DNA of 59,477 nucleotides, filler included, from an uncultured virus (IMG/VR IMGVR_UViG_2049941000_000270) (lineage: Duplodnaviria; Heunggongvirae; Uroviricota; Caudoviricetes). It is 3 parts of one record of this genome, joined end to end, with 100 filler letters (N's around TTAATTAATTAA, not from the genome) between each part and the next. Parts side by side here need not be neighbours in the genome. Positions count along the whole stretch, not along the records: positions 22,907 to 49,394 come from IMGVR_UViG_2049941000_000270; 2 more parts are not named here. One strand, given 5' to 3'. Each line of letters opens with the position of its first letter. The first letter of the stretch is position 1. This document shows positions 35,291-47,915 of this stretch, piece by piece. Position numbers and translations under genes: made by a program. The notes beneath the pieces are model-generated. The model was not told the origin of the DNA. It ran no database searches and was given only the letters and a program-made list of their open reading frames with translations.

Positions 35291-36462
35291 CCAAAACCGG
35301 GTATATCATCATCTGCCGGTATTGTGGTTTCTGGAGCAACAGCAGGTTCAACCTTCTTGGTTGTGGTTGTGGTTGCTTCCTTGACTGCTTCCTGGGCAGC
35401 AGCTGTGGTTGTGCGTGGTGCCTTATAACCAGAAGTGTAGGTTGCAAGGTTTGCATTTACCTTTGCTTCAGTCTCACTGTCCCACTCCTTCCAGAAGTAG
35501 TCCTTAATCTTTGGAGCCTCCTTCTCCAACCAGTTGAAGAATGCCTTCTGTGACTCCTTGTCATCTGATGTAAGAGTCATCTTCACTGCCTCATCACCAT
35601 TACCTACAGTGAAATGAATAGGTGCTGTCTTCTCAATGAAACGGCATGCATCATAGTTGGCAACAGCCTTGTTGCTGTTATCCATCTTCTTGGATGCATC
35701 CTTGGTCATGTTAATCTCAAAAAGACGACCATCATAAAGAGCAAAAGGATTGAAACCTTCAGTGAACTCTGAACTCTTCATTGCATTCTCAAGTTTGTCA
35801 TTGATCTTCTGACCGAACTGGTAGATGAACACCTTACCATCATATTCANNNNNNNNNNNNNNNNNNNNNNNNNNNNNNNNNNNNNNNNNNNNNNNNNNNN
35901 NNNNNNNNNNNNNNNNNNNNNNNNNNNNNNNNNNNNNNNNNNNNNNNNNNNNNNNNNNNNNNNNNNNNNNNNNNNNNNNNNNNNNNNNNNNNNNNNNNNN
36001 NNNNNNNNNNNNNNNNNNNNNNNNNNNNNNNNNNNNNNNNNNNNNNNNNNNCTTTACTACCTCAACAAGAGCATAGTACTGCTGGTAAACCTGGATCTTC
36101 TTGGAATTCTCTTTGTCGATTGCACTGTCACTTGTGTAGAGCTTATAAGAAAGGGCTCTCATAGGACATTTCTTGTTGTCTGTCTTTGGTGATACAACGA
36201 AGATACCGTTCTCACCATTTACATCCTTAAGGAAACATTCCCAACGACAGACTGTGGTGCGCCACTTTCCTTCATGGAAGAAGGGAATGAATCGTACAAG
36301 TGCACGATAATTCTGGTCAGTACACTTTTCATCCTTGATGGATGGTTTGTAGAGATCAGCTCTTCCAGAAAAACTGGATGTGTTGTTGGTCTCTGTTGCT
36401 GCAAGAGCATCTGCTGCGGTAAAATTACCAAACAGCTCATTGAAATTTACTTCATTTGCCAT
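35291..36462 (-). CDS. Single-stranded DNA-binding protein gp32-like
   Basis: YRALVRFIP, KCPM, YYALVEVVK, GKVFIYQFGQKINDK, FNPF...G, NYDACRF, acidic tail. Confidence 0.85.
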
Positions 36463-36527
36463 AACTAAAACTTTATTAAACTTATATTAACTGTGTCCAA
36501 TTGGACAACATTTTAACTAACACAAAC

Positions 36528-36540
36528 TAAATATAACAAA
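36528..36540 (-). promoter_or_regulatory. Putative middle promoter TTTGTTATATTTA
   Basis: Exact motif 65 nt upstream of the gp32 ATG. Confidence 0.6.
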
Positions 36541-36558
36541 ATTATCACAAATATTCTA

Positions 36559-37320
36559 TTATTTCTGAAGATTTTCTTGTAATGTTTTTATTGAATTTGA
36601 CATTCCCTCTTCAGTGTATTGCTCACTGGTTGATGAATATGAAATAGTTGCATTGGTATCAAGGATTGTACCATCATATTCATTACCTGATTCATATATG
36701 GCAAGTCTTGTTTCAAGTTCACTTATATATGAATTAAGTTTATCTATTTCCTCCTGAAGGGTTGTAACTTGGGATGTCAACTCTGTATTCTGTTTGAGAA
36801 GATCAGTATTAGAGTCCTGGAGTTTTTTTATCTGTTCATTCTTATCATTGATTAAACTCATCATACTTTTCACCTGTGAAGTGTAATTTTCCACAGTATT
36901 TGAAGTTTCATCCTTGAATTTACCGGTATAAAGTACCTCCTCTTCAGATGAAGTCACCTTCTGACCAGTTGAATCCATAATATCATAAACCCTGGTGATA
37001 TAGAATATATCAGTATCCATAGCAAGGATATCAATGGCATTCTTCTTTGAGATCTTAAATAAAACCTGACCATTCACCTTATCAACAGTATAGTTACTAT
37101 CTACCAAATCATATTCAGGTATTCTTATCTCACTCTTCTTTGATTTGAATATAAGATATAATTTCTGTCCATTTGAAAGGTCAAGTGGTTTGCGGTCATC
37201 GTTTCGCCAGTCATCATACAATGTAAACAGTCTGAAATTGTCAAATGGATTGAGTTTAAGACATATATCCCCCTTTCCATATACAACATTGCTTGTATTT
37301 CCTTTTACAGATATTGCCAT
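36559..37320 (-). CDS. Hypothetical protein with beta domain and coiled coil, probably virion
   Basis: 253-aa ungapped ORF. Confidence 0.6.
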   Translation of the reverse strand: MAISVKGNTSNVVYGKGDICLKLNPFDNFRLFTLYDDWRNDDRKPLDLSNGQKLYLIFKSKKSEIRIPEYDLVDSNYTVDKVNGQVLFKISKKNAIDILAMDTDIFYITRVYDIMDSTGQKVTSSEEEVLYTGKFKDETSNTVENYTSQVKSMMSLINDKNEQIKKLQDSNTDLLKQNTELTSQVTTLQEEIDKLNSYISELETRLAIYESGNEYDGTILDTNATISYSSTSEQYTEEGMSNSIKTLQENLQK

Positions 37321-37326
37321 AACTTA

Positions 37327-39173
37327 TTACTTGATTAAATATTCAAATGTATTTTCACCAACACATATCACCTCAATAAGGTTGTTTCCTTCAAACTCAC
37401 CACCCATTATACTTAATGATGTTCCTGATTTTGGATTTATGATTACACCATTAGTTTCAGCGGATGCAAATGACAATGGAACACTTCCACTGTTATAGAC
37501 AAACATAATCTTTAATGACTGACCAATATGCCATTCACTACCTTCAGATTCAACAATATTGATTGTAAAATCATCCTGACATTCATTAACTGCATCAATA
37601 TATATTACAGCAAAGTTCTCACCAACCTTCAATGGTATCCTACATNNNNNNNNNNTTGATGTTTCAGGATTTATAGGTCTATCTTTGGTTACTTCAGTTG
37701 TACCTTCATTGCCACTGTATACAGTGTTGATGGCATATTTCTGTTCTGAATTGATGATTACCTTATTCTTACTCTTCTCAAGACCAATTCCTATACCAGC
37801 CTGGAGTACATCTGTGTCATACTGAAGTTGTATGTCCTTTCCTCCAGTCATAAGATTTGAAATTCTCTTGGAATTGTTATCTATAAGACCAAGAAGTGTT
37901 GATGTATCAACAACAGAATTTTCATCACAGCGGTTCCATAATCTCTGAATGTCTTCCTTTATGGTAGAAATTGAATCAATACCCATTATGAGATTCTCAA
38001 GATATGCCACCCTTTCAGTCAGATTGACAATCTGTTTTTTCTGTGTGTAGAATATGTCAATACATTTCTGGAGTTGTTCCAGGGCATTTATATATAAAGA
38101 CATAGATTCAAGACTATCTTCACTAGGAACTTTAACATCAATAGTATTGTCACTAAAGGTTTTTACTCTCAGGTCAAGTTTAAGGGCATAACTGTTACCA
38201 CCTCCATAAACAGTTTCCTTTTTCTTTGGATACCTTTGTATATATATTTCTTCATTTTCTATTTTAACTTGGTCAAGAAACAAAACACCATAGAGGTTTG
38301 TTGCAACTTTTTTTACACCTGGTGTCTTTGTCTTTTCATATATATCATAATAAATGAGAACAGCATTGAACTCAAAATCATCAATACTCTTACCATTCAT
38401 AGTACTTATACCATCACCACCATCATAAGATGAATCCCTGAAGTCAATGGTGTGACCCATATCAGCAATATATACATTACCACCATTATCATCATCAACA
38501 AATGATTTTATACACAAGTTATAAGGATGTGTATCTTCTGATGTCCATCCCATAATATATTCACCATCATTTATACTGTAACTCTTATTGGGAATATAAT
38601 TCTTGTTGTCTGTCATATCACCAGCTCTGAAATAGATGTTTGTACTGGCACCTACAGAACTTGGGATATGTATATATAGTTCCTCATAAACATCATCATC
38701 TATCTCAACAGTGTTTATCATATCAATATTACCAATATACTGAACAGTTCTTTCAGAAATGGATGAAGTATCTTCCATTATACCATTGTCTGTAAATTTG
38801 ATTGCACCCACCTTCTGTAACCAATTCCAGAATATCTTTTCAGAAACTGTTGTCAAAATCTCCGGATCATAACCATTATCATCTCCTTCACCATTAAGGA
38901 TTGCTGTCTCAAAGTTCATAACATAATTCTGGAGATTTTCTGCTATAGCCTTACCTATAATTTCTCCAGTCAATGTACCTGATGGTGCATCCTCACCCAT
39001 CAATGTTGAAATATATAATCCCTTTTGACTTTCTGATGTATATCCACCTTTATATATATTAGGAATGTTCAAACATGCAAAATGACTGAATTTGAACTCA
39101 TAATCATTACCTACAAATGTTTTAGTGAGATCTCTACTTACAGATGGAAATACATACAATGTTCCACCTTCTG
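37327..39173 (-). CDS. Virion structural protein (5' truncated), not a true DnaK fusion
   Basis: GGTLYVFPS...FSHFACLNIP...NLYGVLFLD...GNSYALKLDLR; separated from DnaK by an N gap. Confidence 0.5.
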
Positions 39174-39183
39174 NNNNNNNNNN

Positions 39184-40899
39184 ATCCTTCTGCTCAAATG
39201 CATCCTTCAATGCATTCAAACCATTCTCAAGTTCAGATTTCTGCTCATCAGTAATCTTGTCACCAAATTCCTCAATCTGTTTCTCTGTCTTGAATATGGT
39301 TGCCTCAGCCGCATTGAGAGTCTGAACCTTTTCAAATTCCTTCTTGTCTGCCTCTGCATTTTCCTCTGCCTCTCTCTTCATCCTCTCAATCTCCTCACTG
39401 CTCAAACCGGAACTGCCCTCAATCCTGATTGACTGTTTCTTGTCTGTTCCCTTATCCTTTGCAGATACAGAAAGGATACCGTTTGCATCAATGTCAAATG
39501 TAACCTCAATCTGGGGAACACCCTTCTTAGCAGGAAGAATACCATCAAGGTGGAAGATACCAAGCTGCTTGTTATCCTTTGCCATTGGTCTCTCACCCTG
39601 GAGGACTTTAATCTCAACAGTTGGCTGATTATCTTCAGCAGTAGTGAACACCTGTGTCTTGGTGATAGGAATTGTTGTATTTGAATCAACAAGTTTTGTG
39701 AATACACCACCAAGAGTCTCAATACCAAGTGAAAGAGGAGTTACATCCAACAGAAGGAGATCAGAGTTCTCACCACCAAGGATAGAACCCTGTACAGCCG
39801 CACCAAGAGCAACAACCTCATCAGCATTTACATTCTTGATAAGAGGTCTGCCAAATGCTTTTGTCAATTCATCCTGGACCTTAGGAATACGGGTTGAACC
39901 ACCAACAAGGAGAATACCATCCAGGTCCTCAGCCTTGATACCGGACTTCTTTATTGCTTCCTTACCAAGATTGATAATCTTCTTGATCTCACCATCTATA
40001 ATCTGCTCAAACTTTGCCTTTGACAACTGGATGTTCAAGTGCTTAGGACCAGAACTATCAGCAGTGATATAAGGAAGATTGATATCTGTTGATGAAACAT
40101 TTGAAAGATCCTTCTTTGCCTTTTCAGCCTCTTCAAGGATTCTACTCATTGCCATTGCATCCTTTGACAAATCAATACCATCTGTTTTCTTGAACTCATT
40201 TACAATATAGTCTGCAACAAGTTTGTCAAGGTCACTACCACCACAATACACATCACCATTAGATGCAAGAATTTCCACAACATTGTCAGAGATGTCTGCA
40301 ATTGAGAAATCAAGAGTAGAACCACCATAGTCAACAACCATATACTTACCACCCTTACTCATATCAATGTTGGATGCCAAGATGGCTGCTGTGGGTTCTG
40401 CAACAATTCTCTTTACATTGAAACCTGCGATTTCACCCGCAGTCTTTGTTGCGCTTCTCTGACTGTCATTGAACCAGGCAGGTACTGTGATGACTGCATC
40501 AGTAACAGTCTCACCAAGATAATCCTCTGCACACTTCTTCAGTTTTGAGAGGATCATTGCTGACAGTTCCTCAGGTTTGTACTCCTTTCCAAGAATAGAA
40601 ACAACAGGATAACCATTCTTATTCTTGACATCATACTGGATATGAGAGATGTTATCCTTCACCTCATCATATGTTCCACCCATAAACCTCTTGATGAGTA
40701 CAACAGTGTCTTTCGGGTTGGTTACCTGTTGACGCTTGGCTGCATCACCAACCTTTCTCTCACCCTCCTTTGTAAATGATATGACGGAAGGTGTTGTTCT
40801 CTTACCTTCCTCATTGACAATAATGGTAGGTTTGCCACCTTCCATTACTGCAACTTCACTTAAAGTTGATCCTAAATCAATACCAATAATTTTACTCAT
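39184..40899 (-). CDS. dnaK: Hsp70 chaperone DnaK (3' truncated)
   Basis: IIGIDLGST, EGKRTTPSV, DAVITVPAWFNDSQR, LLVGGSTRIP, DVTPLSLGIETLGG, PQIEVTFDIDANGIL. Confidence 0.97.
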
Positions 40900-41284
40900 A
40901 ATATATTTTATTGTTTAACTTTATGTTTNNNNNNNNNNNNNNNNNNNNNNNNNNNNNNNNNNNNNNNNNNNNNNNNNNNNNNNNNNNNNNNNNNNNNNNN
41001 NNNNNNNNNNNNNNNNNNNNNNNNNNNNNNNNNNNNNNNNNNNNNNNNNNNNNNNNNNNNNNNNNNNNNNNNNNNNNNNNNNNNNNNNNNNNNNNNNNNN
41101 NNNNNNNNNNNNNNNNNNNNNNNNNNNNNNNNNNNNNNNNNNNNNNNNNNNNNNNNNNNNNNNNNNNNNNNNNNNNNNNNNNNNNNNNNNNNNNNNNNNN
41201 NNNNNNNNNNNNNNNNNNNNNNNNNNNNNNNNNNNNNNNNNNNNNNNNNNNNNNNNNNNNNNNNNNNNNNNNNNNNNNNNNNNN

Positions 41285-41477
41285 ATTCTTCCTTTTCAAT
41301 TGGTTTGGTATGAGGTTTAGGTGTAGATGATGTAACAGGTTCAAGGTTGACAATCTTTATGAAAGAGTATGACCTAAAACTTCTCCATCCTTCCTTGTCA
41401 AGATCATAATATACCATCTGTCTTTCCGGTCTGGGTGCTCCACCTTTTAACTTGGGAAGATAATCCGGATGTAGTGT
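41285..41477 (-). CDS. SH3/WYL_2 (DUF2693-like) domain fragment
   Basis: TLHPDYLPK...VYYDLDKEGWRSFR. Confidence 0.6.
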
Positions 41478-41487
41478 NNNNNNNNNN

Positions 41488-42600
41488 CAACATCAAAATA
41501 AAATGTTGATGGTCTAGATTCACTACCCACAGGTGTAAAGAAATCTATATTAGTTACAAGATTTGAAGCACAGTTGGCTGTTGTTATATATTTTTTTGCA
41601 CTTTGTTTATTGCTTTCACCGGTGGCTACACAATACATATTATTTCCAAAGGAATGAGTTGTTACATTAGGATAATATGATACCCCCAAACCTGGATATG
41701 TGCCCCCAAAACTATATGAGATGCTTCCATTCTTTGTTGCACCATTTGTATATGTGATTGTCTGTGTTGAACCATAACCTGAAAAATATGAATTCAAACT
41801 ATTAGTAGCCCATGCAGGAAGTGTTGCTTTTTGACTAACTGATGGTGTTGTAGGAGTACCATATGAAGATAATGCAACGGCTGTAACCTTTATTTGTGGT
41901 AATGTTTTACTATATGACATACTCTGATAAGTACCTGAACCTGAAGCTTTAGATGGAGATGAAAAATATATAGTACCTGGAGAATATGTACTTACAGCTA
42001 AACCATTTGATGCATACAGATATTGTGCATTGGAAGTTTGAAAAAACCTATTATAATAATTAGTATAACTTATACTAACCGATTGACCAGATGCACATCT
42101 CACAGGATTATCAGCAACAGAACATGCCGGATTTCCGGTTGTGGTTGTTGCTGATGCTGCCGCTGTAGTACAATACAAAGTCCTGGGACCAGTCAATGTA
42201 TTGTATGAAATGGTATTTCCCCAGTGGGCAAAATAACTAATAACATTACTTCCCTCTCCCAACAATATCTTATCTGTATTATCTGATACATATTTTCCTT
42301 GTGTATTCAAAAGTTGTGTACCACCACCATAACCAGTTGATGCAAAGAATCCAAGAAATGTATATGGTATACTGTTTTGACCAATTCTTGTTGGGGGTGT
42401 TACAACTACACCAGTATTAATGGAGTATGGCATAAAATTCTGATATACACCAGACCCGCTGTTATTTGGATCAATATACACTTTTGCTTTCTGTACAATC
42501 CTTATATAAGCATAACGCATACCATAATAATTGGCCTGTTCTGTTGTTCTGAAATAGAAATGAAGAGTTGTAGTTGAGTTTGGAGCATATGTGAAAGTCT
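41488..42600 (-). CDS. Ser/Thr/Gly-rich repeat protein fragment, possibly fibre/adhesin with InlB-B-like repeat
   Basis: PPTRIG...YTFLGFF...GGGTQ...YFAHW resembles the Listeria-Bacteroides repeat. Confidence 0.4.
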
Positions 42601-42643
42601 NNNNNNNNNNTATTTTATAGTATTTCTCAAAAATACATTTCTT

Positions 42644-42656
42644 TTTGTTATTTTTA
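42644..42656 (+). promoter_or_regulatory. Putative middle promoter TTTGTTATTTTTA
   Basis: Motif ends 4 nt before the ATG at 42661. Confidence 0.55.
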
Positions 42657-43404
42657 AGGCATGAATAATATTCCGATAGAAATGAAAAACGGTTACATTC
42701 TTATACAAGATATAANNNNNNNNNNNNNNNNNNNNNNNNNNNNNNNNNNNNNNNNNNNNNNNNNNNNNNNNNNNNNNNNNNNNNNNNNNNNNNNNNNNNN
42801 NNNNNNNNNNNNNNNNNNNNNNNNNNNNNNNNNNNNNNNNNNNNNNNNNNNNNNNNNNNNNNNNNNNNNNNNNNNNNNNNNNNNNNNNNNNNNNNNNNNN
42901 NNNNNNNNNNNNNNNNNNNNNNNNNNNNNNNNNNNNNNNNNNNNNNNNNNNNNNNNNNNNNNNNNNNNNNNNNNNNNNNNNNNNNNNNNNNNNNNNNNNN
43001 NNNNNNNNNNNNNNNNNNNNNNNNNNNNNNNNNNNNNNNNNNNNNNNNNNNNNNNNNNNNNNNNNNNNNNNNNNNNNNNNNNNNNNNNNNNNNNNNNNNN
43101 NNNNNNNNNNNNNNNNNNNNNNNNNNNNNNNNNNNNNNNNNNNNNNNNNNNNNNNNNNNNNNNNNNNNNNNNNNNNNNNNNNNNNNNNNNNNNNNNNNNN
43201 NNNNNNNNNNNNNNNNNNNNNNNNNNNNNNNNNNNNNNNNNNNNNNNNNNNNNNNNNNNNNNNNNNNNNNNNNNNNNNNNNNNNNNNNNNNNNNNNNNNN
43301 NNNNNNNNNNNNNNNNNNNNNNNNNNNNNNNNNNNNNNNNNNNNNNNNNNNNNNNNNNNNNNNNNNNNNNNNNNNNNNNNNNNNNNNNNNNNNNNNNNNN
43401 NNNN

Positions 43405-43475
43405 AAAGTATCCTTAATGAAACCCTCTTCAACAGTGTTCTGAAGATATTCATTTCTACTCATTAAATTTTTCAT
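43405..43475 (-). CDS. N-terminus of a late gene with capsid-targeting-like leader
   Basis: MKNLMSRNEYLQNTVEEGFIKDT; CATAAATA at 43498-43505 on minus strand. Confidence 0.5.
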
Positions 43476-43509
43476 ACTCAAAACTTTAATATATAATTAT
43501 TTATGTTGT

Positions 43510-44689
43510 TTATCCATTATTCTTTACTATTTCAGAGTTGATGAAGATAAGTCTTCCTTTTTTGATTTCCTTCTTCCATTCCTCTTTATGTGATTCTGAT
43601 GCATCATATATCATCCAGAATGTATTTTCCGGTGCCTTATTTGCGACATCATTTCTCTTTATTATTCTCATAAGAGCATGTGAAATCCTGTCCTCTACAT
43701 TCTGATAATCAAAATAACCGTCAGTTATGACAATATGGATATCATCCTTCTCCTCCTTATCAGGATTAGAAAGTGACTCTTCAACAGCATCAAGCATTGC
43801 TGCAATGACTGCATCTGCATCTGTTCCACCACCACACTCGCCTTCACCTGTGGATATGATTTCAAGAATCTCCTTTGTTATATCACTCTCACTTTTGTTG
43901 TAGAATTCCTCAACCTTATGAACACCATTGCTTCTTGATGCCCAAGGACATATATTCAAACCAGAATATTCCCACTGTTGGGTGAATATGACAAGAGATT
44001 TACTTATGATTTCAAGAAGTCCCAAGTCCATTGAACCAGATACATCAACATACACATTCACATCCTGGGGATCCTGGGATGTCTTTTGACGGTGAATACC
44101 ATACTCACCTCTGGCAATTGTCTTCTTGTTTATCCAGTCATTCTTTCCGTTTGGCAAATCCCTACCTGCCCTTCTGGTCTTCTTTGACATAAAATCCTCA
44201 AGCATATCTTTCCACAGATTCTTATACTTGTTGGATTCTATCTCTATTGCATCAAGAGTTCTCCTTATTATATCACCCTTTGGGAGATCTCTTTTCATCC
44301 TGTCTATCTGTTTCTGGATGTTTGCCTTTGAGTTGTTGGTCTCATTTGACTTTCTTATCTTGTTGATTTCAGCAATATCATTATCATCATATCCTGCATC
44401 CTTGAGGTCTTCATCGGATAATCCTTTTTCCTGGAATGAACCTGTTCCACCAACACCAGCATATTCAATATCCTGGTGTGATTTAATTGTCTTATCTCCT
44501 CCATCTGTTCTTCTATCAAGGTCATCAGAAAGTTTATTGGCATTACCTTCAGATGATCCATTGTCTTTTCCCTGACCATTTCCTCCATGTACATTACTGG
44601 AATTTTCTTTCTCTTCAGTATCACCTTCCTGGTTTTCAGATTTAGGAAAATCAATATTATCAAGATCCTCATCCTTCAAATATGACCAA
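43510..44689 (-). CDS. VWA-like domain protein (C-terminal part)
   Basis: MIDAS VYVDVSGSM, GGGTD, IVITDGY. Confidence 0.85.
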
Positions 44690-44751
44690 NNNNNNNNNNA
44701 AATATACTTGATTTTGACAATTACATTCTTGAATCCAATAGTGTATTCCTG

Positions 44752-45864
44752 ATGGATCCAGAAACCAAATCCAAACTTCTTGTATTGGATGAGAAGTATC
44801 ATAAACTCATTGAGAAGTTCAGGACCAAATATGTGGCCCAGACTGTAAGTAACACAAAGGAGGAATTTGAGAAGTTTATGAATGCCAAGAACCTTGGTCA
44901 GAAATACTATCCACAACTTGAAATAAAGAATTCTGATGTGGATATGAAGATTTATGATGGTATGGGTAAACTTATTGATGAGTTTGAAAAGATAAAGGAC
45001 AAATGTTATGTTGCCAAGTTCTATCTTGAAAAACTCCATTCAATGAGATTGAGTCTTGAACAGAGGAAGAAGATTGAAGATGGTGAGTATGAACCAGGTG
45101 AAAATCCTGTTAACAAGGACTTGTACAAGGAAGCACTCCAGGTGATAAAGGACAATCCCTACAAGAAACCTGACTATGAGGAAGACAGAACAAAGGACAG
45201 TGATGACACTTTTGAAGCAATTGAGGATGCACTTGATGAACTGGGATATGACTTTGATGTAAAGATTGACACTGGTATGTTCCCAAGAATGAATGTAAAG
45301 ATGGGAAAAGTGAACATCAATAAACACGCAAGATTTTCTGATGAGGATATTGAAGGACTCATTGCCCATGAAATAAAAGGGCATTGTTCCAGAAGACATT
45401 ATGGTATGAAAACTGGTCTCTGGTTATTTGCATATGGAACACAGTCTAGTTCAACTTTTGATGAGGGTTTGGCAGTTTGGAATAGTTTAAACTTGGTAAA
45501 ACACAAGAAGGATAACATAATGTTCAACATTGCAATGAAAACCTGTGTCTCTTATCTTATGTTTGAAATGGACTTCTGTGATTTGTTTGACTGGGTAAAA
45601 AAGAAAGCACCAGAAATGACAGACTACACTGCATTTAGAACAATTATGAGACCAAGAAGAAGGAATAAAGATTGCTCAATTATGTCAGGTGAACCTATGA
45701 CAACCTATTTTTCTGGTTATCAATTAGTTAATAAAATGGATGACAAAATGAGAGATGATATTACACATTATAACATTGGTCCAGATCAATTATTTGAACT
45801 TGAAAATATTAAAGAATTCTTAAAAGTAAATCATTTTAAACCAGTAACAATAAAGGGAGATTAA
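44752..45864 (+). CDS. DUF1704/MATCAP-family zinc metallopeptidase
   Basis: LIAHEIKGH (HExxxH) and DEGLAV motifs, later YFSGY. Confidence 0.75.
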   Translation: MDPETKSKLLVLDEKYHKLIEKFRTKYVAQTVSNTKEEFEKFMNAKNLGQKYYPQLEIKNSDVDMKIYDGMGKLIDEFEKIKDKCYVAKFYLEKLHSMRLSLEQRKKIEDGEYEPGENPVNKDLYKEALQVIKDNPYKKPDYEEDRTKDSDDTFEAIEDALDELGYDFDVKIDTGMFPRMNVKMGKVNINKHARFSDEDIEGLIAHEIKGHCSRRHYGMKTGLWLFAYGTQSSSTFDEGLAVWNSLNLVKHKKDNIMFNIAMKTCVSYLMFEMDFCDLFDWVKKKAPEMTDYTAFRTIMRPRRRNKDCSIMSGEPMTTYFSGYQLVNKMDDKMRDDITHYNIGPDQLFELENIKEFLKVNHFKPVTIKGD

Positions 45865-45885
45865 AAAATCTCCCCTTTTCTTTTT
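45852..45885. terminator. Intrinsic terminator
   Basis: AAAGGGAGATT-AAAA-AATCTCCCCTTTTCTTTTT. Confidence 0.7.
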
Positions 45886-46448
45886 AAAATATCACTAACT
45901 TCTTTAATANNNNNNNNNNTCTTTTTTCAACATCCCTCTTTGTCCAAACTTCTATTGCATTATCATAATATTTTGTATTTTTTGATGTCCATTTATGTAA
46001 TATCTTTATATCATCTTCATTATTTTTATTAAATGGATGACCACCATGTGTCCAACATCCCTGTATTTCTATGAATAAATCATATTTTGGTAAATAAAAA
46101 TCACACATATATGGATATCTATCACATTTATACTGTGTTAATATATCAATATTATTATCTTTAAACCATTTAGTTAATTCAATTTCTACACAAGATGTAT
46201 TAAATGTATGATGTTTTCTTTTTGTATCATATACTTTTTCTCTTATATCTTCTGATTGCATATTATATTCACAATTATATAACCTTATATTTGTTTGCTT
46301 TATCCTTTCTTTTATAATCTCTGATTGAAATGGATTATCCACACCATACACTTTTCTAATAGTTTCTTGTGCTTTATTTCTAACACTTTCATTTGAAAAA
46401 ACAATTTCATAACCATATCTTTGAATATTGGTTTCTTTCATTTTTTCA
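45884..46448 (-). CDS. Putative homing endonuclease, paralog of 30308-31058
   Basis: KETNIQRYG/KQTNIRLY repeats; YPYMCDFYLPKYDLFIEIQGCWTHGGHPF. Confidence 0.7.
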
Positions 46449-46458
46449 NNNNNNNNNN

Positions 46459-47905
46459 CTTCTCTTCAAACTTTATGAGTCTCTTGAATGCTGACTCCCA
46501 TCTACGTGGGTTGATAGGTTCTACCTGTTTTGAATCACCGGCACCCTTTCTGACCATACTGTGCCATCTTGGATATTCATCTCCCACCATTGAGTCCTTC
46601 TCAAATATGAAGTCAAGAAGAAGTTCATCAACATGCTTTGTCCTAATCCATGCTTTCCACTGGTCTGGGTCAGGAACCAACTGGAACATCCTTTCCATAC
46701 GGTCTTTTGATGCAGGAGAATCATTCCAATCCTTCCATACCCTTTCTACCTGACCATCATCACAAGGTCTGTTTGAGCAGGCGATGACTGTCCATTTTGA
46801 ACCAAGTTTCCAGTCATAAAGTTTTCTCTCAAGGAAGAAGTTCATAAGCTGACTGAACACTCCGGGATTTGCCCTCAGGAACTCATCAAAGAGAATTATA
46901 CCTCCACTACCTGTCTTACAAGTGAAACCATCTGCATCTTCATAAACACCACCATTAGCATATGCATCAAGAAGTATATCTATGTTTTTATCACCTGTTG
47001 GTTTATATGAAGGAAGCCAGGATTTAGGAGCATCTGTTGCCTTAAACTGACCACTTGCTGAAATGGTCTGTGCAATCTTTTCATTATCCTCATCATTAAG
47101 TCCAGAAAGGAATTCATTGGCCTGTGGAAATGTCTTTGAAAATCTTTCAACAGATTTCATTATATCTGTTTCTTTTGGCATTGTAGGCATCATAAAACTT
47201 CCTTCTTCAAGCAATGCACAGTTAATTGATATGAGTGTTATCTGTTTTGATGGGTCATCACCTACATTCTCATTATACTTTCTGATTACAGCGTTAGGAA
47301 TTGTTGACTTACCAATACCTGGGGCACCGAATATCAGAAGGTTTCTTGATGGTTCTATTGACCTGCCTGTTGAGGTGATTCTTGTCTTACCTCCTTCCTT
47401 TGATCTCTCCTCAACCATTTCATTAAGTATCTCCTCAAACTGATCATAGTTGATTTCAGCAAGACCTGACAGTTCATTCCTATCAACATATTTTACCCTA
47501 TTCTTGGTGATACCATCCCAACTCTCACCAATCATCATATACTCAAAGATTTCATGTGCTTCCTCATCTGTGCAGTCATAATGTTCCTTGATGATTGAAG
47601 GAATTGAAAGGAAGTTCTGGTATTCATTACTGTTCTTGTAATCATCATCACCATTCCAACTCTCATCATCATAAGTTTCATCATCCTTGATGAGAGGTGC
47701 TTTCATTTCACAACCTATACCTCCTGCTGAAATGATAGTGTTGTTGAGTGCGGCAGGTGAAAAAGCATCCACAAAATCCATATGTGAGATAAGGTCAATT
47801 GTGGCCTGTGGGGAAACAACAGGAAAAACATTGCCCTCATTGTCAAAGATTGCTATGAAGTTCTTTACCTTCATCATACCAACCTTGAAAAGAGACTTGA
47901 TTTTT
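46459..47905 (-). CDS. MoxR-like AAA+ ATPase (fragment)
   Basis: Walker A GAPGIGKS, Walker B IILFDEF, ACSNR, PASKDRM, NPRRWE. Confidence 0.85.
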
Positions 47906-47915
47906 NNNNNNNNNN

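Noticed and set aside
37327..40899. Apparent 1190-aa DnaK-virion protein fusion
   Set aside because: The join is exactly at a 10-N gap (39174-39183); these are two unrelated contigs in frame by chance.
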